This document shows, piece after piece, positions 31,276-40,229 of a DNA stretch of 64,000 bases; within the stretch, counting starts at the first letter, position 1, and every line of letters begins with the position of its first letter. Where the stretch lies: positions 1 through 64,000 of the forward strand of contig JAPLDX010000068.1 of NCBI GenBank assembly GCA_026391215.1, given 5' to 3'. The position numbers were made by a program, and so were the translations under genes. The notes beneath the pieces are model-generated. The model searched no databases, was not told the origin of the DNA, and was given only the letters and a program-made list of their open reading frames with translations. Source of the stretch: Bacteroidia bacterium. Its GTDB lineage: Bacteria > Bacteroidota > Bacteroidia > Bacteroidales > VadinHA17.

Positions 31276-31392
31276 CACGTACCCACCCCCTAGCCCCCTC
31301 CCTACTGCGTAAGGAGGGGGAATAAATTAATAATCAGCCACATAGCCCCCTTCCTTGCGTAGCAGGGAAGGGGGTTGGGGGATGGGTACATG
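31276..31392. repeat. 117-bp REPIN/MITE-like inverted doublet of hairpin repeats
   Basis: Left arm CACGTACCCACCCCCTAGCCCCCTCCCTAC-TGC-GTAAGGAGGGGG. Reverse complement of the right arm: CATGTACCCATCCCCCAACCCCCTTCCCTGC-TAC-GCAAGGAAGGGGG. AT-rich 25-nt spacer. Confidence 0.9.
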
Positions 31393-31441
31393 CAGTTCAG
31401 GGATGGGGGGTAGATTACTACGTTGTTCAAATATTATTATA

Positions 31442-33289
31442 ATGAAAAGAACTCAAAGATTCATCAGGCTAACCCTGGTCGCTGCAATGATCAGTACAGC
31501 ATTGTCTGCTCAGAAGATTGAGCGTGTTGAACCTCCTTCATGGTTCACCGGAATGAAAGACACAGGTTTACAGTTGATGGTCTATGGGAAGGAGATCGGC
31601 TCATTTGATGTGATTGCTGATTATCCCGGTGTTAAAGTCACTAAATTGGTCAAGACCGGAAATCCAAACTACCTTTTTGTCAACCTTGATATCAGCAGCA
31701 GTGCAGTTCCCGGAAGTGTTAAACTGACTTTCACACAGGGCAAACAGAAGCTGGTGCATAATTATCCTCTCCTGGGACATCCGGCGGAGCCGGCAAAAGG
31801 TTTCAACACATCAGATGTAATTTACCTGCTAATGCCCGATCGTTTTGCCAATGGTGATCCATCAAATGACAATGTCGATGCCATGCTGGAAAAAGTCAGC
31901 AGGGCCAATCCCAACGGCCGCCACGGAGGAGACCTGAAAGGCATATCTGATCATCTTGATTATATTAAGGATCTTGGAGTTACCGGAATATGGCTTAATC
32001 CGTTCCTGGAGAATAATCAGACTGCTTACTCTTATCATGGATATTCAATAACTGACCTTTACTGCGTTGATCCGCGATACGGAAGCAATGAGGATTTTAA
32101 AAATCTGGTATCAAAAGCACATGATACGGATATGAAACTGATTATGGATATGATATGTAACCATATAGGATCAGGACACTGGTGGATGAAAGATCTGCCC
32201 TCGGAAGACTGGATCCATCAGTTCAGCACATTCACCCGCACCAATTACAGGGTGTCGACCAACATGGATCCTTATGCAGCAAAGAGCGATGCTGACCTGT
32301 CGGAGAAAGGGTGGTTTGACAATACCATGCCCGACCTTAACCAAAGCAATCCGCTTGTTGAAACCTACCTTATCCAGAACAGCCTCTGGTGGATCGCTTA
32401 CTTCGGTATTGACGGTATAAGGATGGATACCTATCCTTATCCTGAAAAGAACATGATGTCAAGATGGGCCAAAAGTATCACTGACGAGTTCCCGGGATTC
32501 TTTATCGTTGGAGAGGTATGGTACCAGCAGGAAGCAATGACTGCTTACTGGGCACTTGACAAAGTAAACAGTGATGGTTACCAGTCTAACCTTCCGTCTG
32601 TAACCGATTTCCCTCTGTCACTGGCTACCCATAGAGCATTTAATGAGCCTGATAACTGGACGGACGGATTAGCCAGATTGTACAATATACTTTCACAGGA
32701 TTTCCTCTATCCAGATCCTTTCCGCAATGTGATCTTCCTGGATAACCACGATATGACAAGATTCTTTACCGAAACCGGTATGAGGCTTGATATTTACAAA
32801 ATGGCCCTTTCATTTATCCTGACCACCAGGGGGATTCCTCAGTTTTACTATGGCACAGAGATAGTTATGGAAGGCGATAAAAATCGCGGTGATGGATATC
32901 TGAGAGGGGATTTCCCTGGCGGATGGCCGGGTGATAATAAGAATGCGTTTACCGGAAACGGGCTGACAACGACCGAGAAAGATGCTTTCGATTTTACTGG
33001 TAAGCTGCTCAAATGGAGAAAAGACAAAGAGGTTATCCATACAGGTAAGCTGAAGCATTACATTCCTGAGAACGGGCTTTATGTATATTTCAGGTATAAT
33101 AAAAATGAAAGTGTGATGGTTATTCTGAATAACAATGAAAAGAATTCAGTTACCATAAACAAAGACAGATATGCCGAGGCCATGGCAGGCTTCACAAAAG
33201 GTTATGATGTTATCACAGGCAAAACTGTGGATGACCTCACATCATTCAGGGTAGGTCCAAAGACAGCAATGATCCTGGAACTGAAATGA
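31442..33289 (+). CDS. GH13 cyclomaltodextrinase/neopullulanase (SusA-like), secreted
   Basis: Start at ATG 31442 with a signal peptide. RVEPP.W N-domain, DVIYLLMPDRFANGD, GIRMDT, VGEVW and DNHD. Confidence 0.92.
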   Translation: MKRTQRFIRLTLVAAMISTALSAQKIERVEPPSWFTGMKDTGLQLMVYGKEIGSFDVIADYPGVKVTKLVKTGNPNYLFVNLDISSSAVPGSVKLTFTQGKQKLVHNYPLLGHPAEPAKGFNTSDVIYLLMPDRFANGDPSNDNVDAMLEKVSRANPNGRHGGDLKGISDHLDYIKDLGVTGIWLNPFLENNQTAYSYHGYSITDLYCVDPRYGSNEDFKNLVSKAHDTDMKLIMDMICNHIGSGHWWMKDLPSEDWIHQFSTFTRTNYRVSTNMDPYAAKSDADLSEKGWFDNTMPDLNQSNPLVETYLIQNSLWWIAYFGIDGIRMDTYPYPEKNMMSRWAKSITDEFPGFFIVGEVWYQQEAMTAYWALDKVNSDGYQSNLPSVTDFPLSLATHRAFNEPDNWTDGLARLYNILSQDFLYPDPFRNVIFLDNHDMTRFFTETGMRLDIYKMALSFILTTRGIPQFYYGTEIVMEGDKNRGDGYLRGDFPGGWPGDNKNAFTGNGLTTTEKDAFDFTGKLLKWRKDKEVIHTGKLKHYIPENGLYVYFRYNKNESVMVILNNNEKNSVTINKDRYAEAMAGFTKGYDVITGKTVDDLTSFRVGPKTAMILELK

Positions 33290-33469
33290 GATCAGCAGGA
33301 AGAAATATTATTTCTGTCTCTATCATTTTATATTCTTTGTAACTTAAATTTATTCTAAAACCACACCTTAAATTTGTACCTTTACTTATAGACTATTCAC
33401 TTTCAATTTACACACCGAGGTTATACAGGGATGGAACCTTGAATCATTTACAGACAAAAAAATATAACT

Positions 33470-34561
33470 ATGAAAAAAATATCGTATTTCATGATTTTCC
33501 TAATTTTTATCGGATGTCAATCAATACCATCGGAGGAATGGAATTTCAGATCATTTTATAAACCCAAAGAAAATCCGATAATCCAGGCAGATTCATCTTT
33601 CAGTTTTGTCGATCCGGTTAAGAAAGAGGTGGTGAAATGGCAAAAAGCTGATGTTTTTAATCCTGCCGCCATTGTCAGGGACAATAAAGTATATTTGCTT
33701 ATACGATGTGAGGATAATCCTATTGCCAATCTGGGCGGACGAACTTCCAGAATTGGTTTGGCGTATAGCGATGATGGGATACATTTCACCAAATACCCTA
33801 CGCCTGTTTTATATCCGGATTCCAGTGAATATATGATATACGATTTTCCGGGAGGATGTGAAGATCCCAGAATTGTTCAAACCAGCGATTCCTTATATGT
33901 TTTAACTTATACCTCCTGGAATTATAAGATTGCCCGTCTAAGTGTAGCATTTTCAAAGGATCTGATTGTCTGGGAAAAGAAAGGACCTGCATTTGCAAAA
34001 GCATACAATGGAAAATTTTTAGACACATGGTCAAAATCGGGCTCTATAGTTACTAAAATGGAAAATGGCCGACAGGTTGTTGCACAAATAAATGGAAAAT
34101 ACTGGATGTATTGGGGAGAGCGTTTTATCAACCTTGCTTGGTCAGATAACTTCATTGACTGGACCCCTTTACTGGATGAAAAGGGAGAGCTTAAGAAACT
34201 AATTGAACCGCGAACAAGAAAATTTGATAGTGATCTTGTAGAATGCGGCCCTCCGGCATTAATAACCAATGAAGGGGTTGTATTATTTTATAATGGTAAA
34301 AATACCGAAGGAGAAAATGCCGATAAGTCTCTGCCTGAATCTACGTATTCAGTGGGGAAAGTTGTTTTTAATACTAATAATCTTGAAAAAGTAATCTATC
34401 GTACCGATACTTGTTTGTTAAAACCTACCTTACCCCATGAGGTTTCCGGACAATATTCGGCGGGAACTACTTTTGCTGAAGGGCTTGTGTATTTTAAATC
34501 AAAATGGTTTCTTTATTATGGTACGGCAGATTCCTATGTTGGTGTTGCAATTTCAAAATAA
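33470..34561 (+). CDS. GH130 family beta-mannoside-active enzyme (lipoprotein)
   Basis: Lipobox FIGC. DVFNPAA, SRIGLAYS.DG, GGCEDPRI, ECGPP, FAEGLV and YYGTADS. Confidence 0.9.
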   Translation: MKKISYFMIFLIFIGCQSIPSEEWNFRSFYKPKENPIIQADSSFSFVDPVKKEVVKWQKADVFNPAAIVRDNKVYLLIRCEDNPIANLGGRTSRIGLAYSDDGIHFTKYPTPVLYPDSSEYMIYDFPGGCEDPRIVQTSDSLYVLTYTSWNYKIARLSVAFSKDLIVWEKKGPAFAKAYNGKFLDTWSKSGSIVTKMENGRQVVAQINGKYWMYWGERFINLAWSDNFIDWTPLLDEKGELKKLIEPRTRKFDSDLVECGPPALITNEGVVLFYNGKNTEGENADKSLPESTYSVGKVVFNTNNLEKVIYRTDTCLLKPTLPHEVSGQYSAGTTFAEGLVYFKSKWFLYYGTADSYVGVAISK

Positions 34562-34577
34562 TCAAAACATAAGTACT

Positions 34578-35324
34578 ATGAAAAAAATAAAAACTGCACT
34601 GAAAAGAAGTATTTCGGAGATAACATCCAGGAAAGCTTTATTGATTAAAAATCTTGTTGGAGGCATATTGTTTCTTATGATTTTAAGCCTGTCAGCATTT
34701 GTTTCAGATCGTTCAGAATGGCGGCAGCTGTTTAACGGGAAGGATCTGACCGGCTGGAAACACGCTGGCCCGGGAGAGCAATATGTGGAAGATGGCTTGA
34801 TAAAGTCACACGGTGGTATGGGCCTGATATACTGGCCCGGAGAGAAATTCGGGAATTGTATGATCCGGGTGGTTTTCAGGATGCGTGATGAAAACAGTAA
34901 TTCAGGAGTTTTTATACGGATGCCTATCGAACCCCGTGAGGAATGGATGCCTGTTCATTACGGCTTTGAAGTTCAGATTGACAATAAACCTGAACTATCT
35001 GACGAAGATGAATATCACTACACAGGCACTCTCTATTCACTGACAAAGCCATTAGCTAAAACCGGAAAACCAGGGCCTGAATGGAATACCATGGAGATTA
35101 CCCTCGCTGGTTCCCGTACCATTGTTTATCTGAACGGTACAAAAGTGACTGACTTTAAGGAAGGGGATCCGGTACCTGATCGTAAATTTGATTTTGAACC
35201 TTTCCGTGGTCCACGACCGGATTCTGGATTTATAGGTATTCAAAATCATGGTGATAAAGATGTTGTCTTCTTTAAAGAAATTGCTGTGAAGCCTCTCTCA
35301 AAAAAAGAACTAAATAGCTTATAA
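34578..35324 (+). CDS. DUF1080 / 3-keto-disaccharide hydrolase family protein
   Basis: LFNGKDLTGW, NSGVFIR, EVQID, TGTLYS, EWNTMEI and GFIGIQNHG. Start uncertain (ATG 34578 used). Confidence 0.88.
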   Translation: MKKIKTALKRSISEITSRKALLIKNLVGGILFLMILSLSAFVSDRSEWRQLFNGKDLTGWKHAGPGEQYVEDGLIKSHGGMGLIYWPGEKFGNCMIRVVFRMRDENSNSGVFIRMPIEPREEWMPVHYGFEVQIDNKPELSDEDEYHYTGTLYSLTKPLAKTGKPGPEWNTMEITLAGSRTIVYLNGTKVTDFKEGDPVPDRKFDFEPFRGPRPDSGFIGIQNHGDKDVVFFKEIAVKPLSKKELNSL

Positions 35325-35357
35325 TTCATTATTGTCTGACATAATAAGAATAATAAA

Positions 35358-36884
35358 ATGAAAACGATTAAAAAAGAGTCAAAGAATCCGGGAGAAATCT
35401 CCAGACGAAAGTTTGTTATAACAGCAGCATCTGGAGCAGCAGCCATTACAATAGTCCCGAGCTTCGTGGTAAGCGGATGCGGGCATGTCGCGCCAAGCGA
35501 TAAATTGCTTATAGCAGCAGTTGGATGCGGAGGGGAAGGGAGCGATGACATCCGTCATTACGCAATTGCACCTAAAAAAAATGCAGAAATTGCTTTCCTC
35601 TGCGATGTTGATGATAGGCAGGCTGCTTCTAAAAGAAAAGAGTTTCCGAAAGCTAAGTTTTATTATGACTGGAGGGAAATGTTCGACAAGGAAAGCAAGA
35701 ACTTTGATGCAGTGTCAGTAGCTATTCCAGATCATAATCATGCCATTGTAGGTCTTGGCGCCATGCAGCTGAAAAAACATCTGTACCTTCAAAAGCCATT
35801 GACTCACGATATCTATGAGGCTCGTATCCTGACAGAAGCATCTGAAAAATATAAGGTTGTTACTCAAATGGGGGACCAGGGGGCTTCATGTGAGGGAATG
35901 CGCACTTTAAGGGAATGGATTGAAGCCGATGTCCTTGGAGAGATTGAAAAAGTCTATTGCTGGACTGACCGGCCGGTGTGGCCGCAGGGAATTCCCTGGC
36001 CTGATGCCCGCCCTGCAGTTCCGTCTGAATTAAAATGGGATCTCTGGCTGGGTACTGCTGAAGAAACGGAATATATTGATAATCTGGTTCCTTTCAACTG
36101 GCGTGGCTGGTGGCGGTTTGGTACCGGAGCGCTTGGCGATATGGGATGTCATATTATGGGACCACCGTTTAAATTGCTGGGTCTTGGGTATCCAACCGAA
36201 GTATCCTGCAGCGCAAGCACTGTTTACAGTGGCATTTTCATTGAAGGCATATATCCCGAAAGCGGACCAGTATCAAGTTCTGTACGCTTCAGATACCGGT
36301 TAAAAAATGGTAAAGACCTTGATCTCTACTGGATGGACGGCGGGATAACCCCGGAACGCCCATATGAAATAGAACCGGATCTTAATATGAATAATGTAAT
36401 GGCAGATTGGCCGGGACTTAATGATTATGAAGGGGGTACTCTTTTTATCGGGACCAAGGGAAAAGTGGCCTGTGGCTGGGGTGGTCGTAATCCGGTTTTG
36501 CTTCCACTTTCAAGAAATAAAGAGATCAATGTTCCGAAAAAATATCCAAGGGTAGAGGGAGACATGGATGGTCACTGGTGGCAGTGGATTGATGCCTGTA
36601 TTGCAGGTTATGGAAACGCTGAGGTTGATTCTCCGTTTGTCGGCTATGCCGGTCCTCTGACTGAAACCGTTCTGATGGGCAACCTGCTCCTGAGAAGTTT
36701 CAATATCCGTGAAAAGATAAAACGCACAGATCCTGTTTATGGCAATATGGAAGGATACATTTTCCCTGGCCGTTACATCAGTTATAAATGGGATGGGGAG
36801 AATATGAGAATAACCAATTTTGAACAAGCCAATCAATTTGTCAGAAGAGAGTACAGAAAAGGATGGGGTGACATGAAGATCTGA
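35358..36884 (+). CDS. Tat-exported Gfo/Idh/MocA oxidoreductase
   Basis: SRRKFV Tat motif, VGCGGEG, PDHNHA, LYLQKPLTH and GALGDMGCHI. Confidence 0.9.
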   Translation: MKTIKKESKNPGEISRRKFVITAASGAAAITIVPSFVVSGCGHVAPSDKLLIAAVGCGGEGSDDIRHYAIAPKKNAEIAFLCDVDDRQAASKRKEFPKAKFYYDWREMFDKESKNFDAVSVAIPDHNHAIVGLGAMQLKKHLYLQKPLTHDIYEARILTEASEKYKVVTQMGDQGASCEGMRTLREWIEADVLGEIEKVYCWTDRPVWPQGIPWPDARPAVPSELKWDLWLGTAEETEYIDNLVPFNWRGWWRFGTGALGDMGCHIMGPPFKLLGLGYPTEVSCSASTVYSGIFIEGIYPESGPVSSSVRFRYRLKNGKDLDLYWMDGGITPERPYEIEPDLNMNNVMADWPGLNDYEGGTLFIGTKGKVACGWGGRNPVLLPLSRNKEINVPKKYPRVEGDMDGHWWQWIDACIAGYGNAEVDSPFVGYAGPLTETVLMGNLLLRSFNIREKIKRTDPVYGNMEGYIFPGRYISYKWDGENMRITNFEQANQFVRREYRKGWGDMKI

Positions 36885-36899
36885 TTGACCTGATACAAT

Positions 36900-39800
36900 T
36901 TATTGTTGAGCAAAAGATTTGAATACTTGCAGATCTCCATTATTTACTGCAGCTACCAGATACTGTTCACCCAATACCTCAATTGAAAGGATTCTTCTTG
37001 CATCTCCTTTAAGTGTGAAACCACTTTTCACAGGCATTATGGTTTTATAACTATTGTTTGGTTCCCCTGCTAAGAACCAGCCGTAACTTGCATCATACCT
37101 GCCATAAGAAGGCCTGACCAGATAATTGTTACCGACAAAAAGAAGGTCATTAATGCCGTCGTGGTTAAAATCCTGAACCATTAAATCACGAACAGGGGAG
37201 AACTGTGCTTCTATCGGAAGTTTACTGGTTTTGAAAGTTCCATCTCCATTATTCAGGAAAATACAACTTTCAAATAATACTGCTTTTTTTAAGATAGATT
37301 TTTCCAATGTATTCTTATCAAATATGTCTTTTACAGTATTACCTCCAAAATCAGAATAATTGGGATATTTTTTATTAAAACCGGTTATCTGACTGGCCAG
37401 CTCATCCAGAGAGGCAATGGGGTAACTGATACCGTTTTGATAGGAACAGATCAATTGGTCAAGCAATCCATTGTTATCAAAATCATTCAGGTACATTTCA
37501 ACAGGCTCTTTAATTGAAGCTTTTAGCAACGAATTAAGACCCAGATTTCCAACTATTAAATCATCGTCTCCGTCCTGATCAACATCGGCAGCATGGATGC
37601 AGTACCACCATCCGGAGGTTTCATCAAGACCGGCAGTAGAAGTTACATCAATAAAATGGCCCTCATCATTCCTGTATATACTTACCTTCATCCATTCTCC
37701 GGCTACAACCAGATCCAGGTCACCATCCTGGTCATAATCCATCCAACAGGCGTCGGTAACCATCCCGGCATTTCTTACGGCGCTCATTCTGCTTTCTGTT
37801 ACATCCTTAAAATGACCTGTTCCATCATTTTCAAGAAGATACTGATCAGGTGACAATCCATAGGCGCCAGGAACAGATCTCGAACCCACAAAAAGATCTA
37901 TATCACCATCACCGTCAAAGTCACCCGGCCTTACGCAGGAGCCATTATGAGACATAAAAGGCAGAGATCCTTTTTCGCTCTTATTAAATCCTCCTTTTCC
38001 ATCGTTTATGAGCAACAGGTCAATCAGCAAAGGATTTCCGACAGGCACTTCATTGCCTCCCCTTACAATATAAAGATCCATATCGCCATCTCCATCAGCA
38101 TCAAAAAAAGCTGCATCCACATCATCTGTATAATGTAGCTCTTTAAAAAGTGGTACATCTGAAGATTTGAAATTACCATCATTTTGCTGAATGAAGATTT
38201 CAGATTTCTGCCCTTTAGCTCCACCTGCAAACAAATCTTCCAATCCGTCACCGTTTATATCACCAACAGCAAGTGGAGGACCCTCTGCGGTCAGACTATG
38301 AGGAATCAAGCGTTCACGGTAAAAGTCAACATAACTGTCTTCTCTGTGCCTGAACTCAAGACCCGGGATAGAAGCCCGGGAAAAAAACTTCGGTTTTTCT
38401 CCATTATCTATATTTGTTCTAACTGGTTTTGAGGCACTTATCATTTCAAGTGTGATAAACTTATCAGCTTCAACATTTCTTATGGTTTGTTCAGAAAGGT
38501 CAGGCCAGCGTACTACTATTGAATCAATCAGTTTTACAGCTCCTGTCCCAAAATGCAACACTTCGGATGTTGAAGATAAAAATCCCCTGGTAAGAAATTG
38601 CTCGGCAACCTGTTCTTGACCATTATAGAATAATGTAACTCTGGCACCTATACCTCTGGTATTCAATCCTTGTCCTTTAAGTATCACGGATAGGAAATGG
38701 TTTTTTGACTTTGATGAAGAATTATTTCTGAAAATAAATGCGTTATCGTTTATATTATTTACAATAAGATCCAGATCTCCGTCATTATCAAGATCAGCAT
38801 AAGTTGATCCATTAGAAAAAGATCGATCTTTAAAGCCCCATTCATAGGCCATATTAGAAAACGTAAGATCGCCATTGTTTTTAAAGAGATAATTGACATT
38901 CGGATACAGAGGCATCTTCTCGTACAGGACCCTGTCCGGAACATCACTATTATCCTGCGAAGGAACGTACCTATTCCCCCCTGTCAGAAATTTAACATAA
39001 TCCAGGTCATTGGCCCTCCGGTATATTCCGTTGGTAATGAAAAGATCTTTCCAGCCATCATTATCCACATCACAAAACAGCGGTGACCAGCTCCAGTCAG
39101 TGGCATAAACTCCGGCCAGCAATCCTATTTCACTGAACAATCCTCCTCCCAGATTAAGCTGCAGAGTATTACGTACAAACTGGTTATTGTAGCCATATTG
39201 CCGTTTTAAATCAAAGAGCTCATAGTCATCTTCTCCTCCTGATTGTTTTCTTATTTTTTCCTCATCCGGCATCATATCCAGAACCATCACATCCAAAAGG
39301 CCGTCATTGTTGATATCTCCTACATCATTACCCATCGATGATCTGCTTGTATGAGCAATAAACTCTGTCAGCCGTTCAGAAAAAGTTCCATTACCGTTGT
39401 TGATATACAAATAATCATTTTCATGGAAATCATTCGATACATAAATATCCGGAAATCCATCATTGTTTATGTCACAGATATTTACTCCCAGGCCATACCC
39501 GATCTGACTACTATATATCCCGGCCTGGCGGGTAATATCCCGGAAGAAGCATTTTCCATCGGCCTCATCATTTCTGAATAATCTGTCGCCAGCCAGAGAA
39601 TCCTGTTCAAAGCGTAACGAAGCATAACCATAACTGCGTGAAGTATGTACGGAATGGTTAAGAAGGTACATATCAAGATCGCCATCCATATCGAAGTCAA
39701 AGAAGGCTGCCTGTGTCGAAAAACCCTTAAAATCAAGTCCGTAATCGTCGGCAGCTTCTTTGAAAGTCAGGTTCCCCTGATTAATGAATAATTGGTTTCT

Positions 39801-40220
39801 CCCATGATAGCTCTTATAATTTCCGACCTGGCAAACATAAATATCAAGAAACCCATCTCCATTCACATCTGCCATTGTTACACCGGTTTTCCAGTCACCA
39901 GTTCCTGCAACTCCTGCTGTATCAGTGATGTCCTCGAATCTTAGATTTCCCTTGTTCAGGTATAATTTATTGGATTGTTGATTTGAAGTGAAATAAAGAT
40001 CAATCAGTCCATCGTTATTGATATCTCCTGCAGCAACACCTGCTCCGTTGTTGAAATAAAGATATTCTATGATATTTGATTGCTCTGTTTCTGTCAGCTC
40101 GTTTATAAAGTCGACATGTGTGGATGAAGGAGGCATCAGAGAAAACAAATGATCTTTTTCCCCGGATTTACAGGAAAAAACCAATAAAGATACAAGCAAA
40201 ATTAAGCCTGATTTTTTCAT
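36900..40220 (-). CDS. VCBS/FG-GAP repeat plus ASPIC/UnbV (CRTAC1-like) lipoprotein, paralog 3
   Basis: Lipobox VFSC. Many DxN/DxDGxxD Ca-binding repeats. Central GIGARV...RGFLSS...LHFG.G. Confidence 0.88.
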   Translation of the reverse strand: MKKSGLILLVSLLVFSCKSGEKDHLFSLMPPSSTHVDFINELTETEQSNIIEYLYFNNGAGVAAGDINNDGLIDLYFTSNQQSNKLYLNKGNLRFEDITDTAGVAGTGDWKTGVTMADVNGDGFLDIYVCQVGNYKSYHGRNQLFINQGNLTFKEAADDYGLDFKGFSTQAAFFDFDMDGDLDMYLLNHSVHTSRSYGYASLRFEQDSLAGDRLFRNDEADGKCFFRDITRQAGIYSSQIGYGLGVNICDINNDGFPDIYVSNDFHENDYLYINNGNGTFSERLTEFIAHTSRSSMGNDVGDINNDGLLDVMVLDMMPDEEKIRKQSGGEDDYELFDLKRQYGYNNQFVRNTLQLNLGGGLFSEIGLLAGVYATDWSWSPLFCDVDNDGWKDLFITNGIYRRANDLDYVKFLTGGNRYVPSQDNSDVPDRVLYEKMPLYPNVNYLFKNNGDLTFSNMAYEWGFKDRSFSNGSTYADLDNDGDLDLIVNNINDNAFIFRNNSSSKSKNHFLSVILKGQGLNTRGIGARVTLFYNGQEQVAEQFLTRGFLSSTSEVLHFGTGAVKLIDSIVVRWPDLSEQTIRNVEADKFITLEMISASKPVRTNIDNGEKPKFFSRASIPGLEFRHREDSYVDFYRERLIPHSLTAEGPPLAVGDINGDGLEDLFAGGAKGQKSEIFIQQNDGNFKSSDVPLFKELHYTDDVDAAFFDADGDGDMDLYIVRGGNEVPVGNPLLIDLLLINDGKGGFNKSEKGSLPFMSHNGSCVRPGDFDGDGDIDLFVGSRSVPGAYGLSPDQYLLENDGTGHFKDVTESRMSAVRNAGMVTDACWMDYDQDGDLDLVVAGEWMKVSIYRNDEGHFIDVTSTAGLDETSGWWYCIHAADVDQDGDDDLIVGNLGLNSLLKASIKEPVEMYLNDFDNNGLLDQLICSYQNGISYPIASLDELASQITGFNKKYPNYSDFGGNTVKDIFDKNTLEKSILKKAVLFESCIFLNNGDGTFKTSKLPIEAQFSPVRDLMVQDFNHDGINDLLFVGNNYLVRPSYGRYDASYGWFLAGEPNNSYKTIMPVKSGFTLKGDARRILSIEVLGEQYLVAAVNNGDLQVFKSFAQQ

Positions 40221-40229
40221 TATGGTGAT

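Noticed and set aside
31355-31441. Gly-rich N-terminal extension of the GH13 (MRSREGGWGMG...)
   Set aside because: It is the translation of the G-rich repeat arm. The signal peptide begins at ATG 31442.
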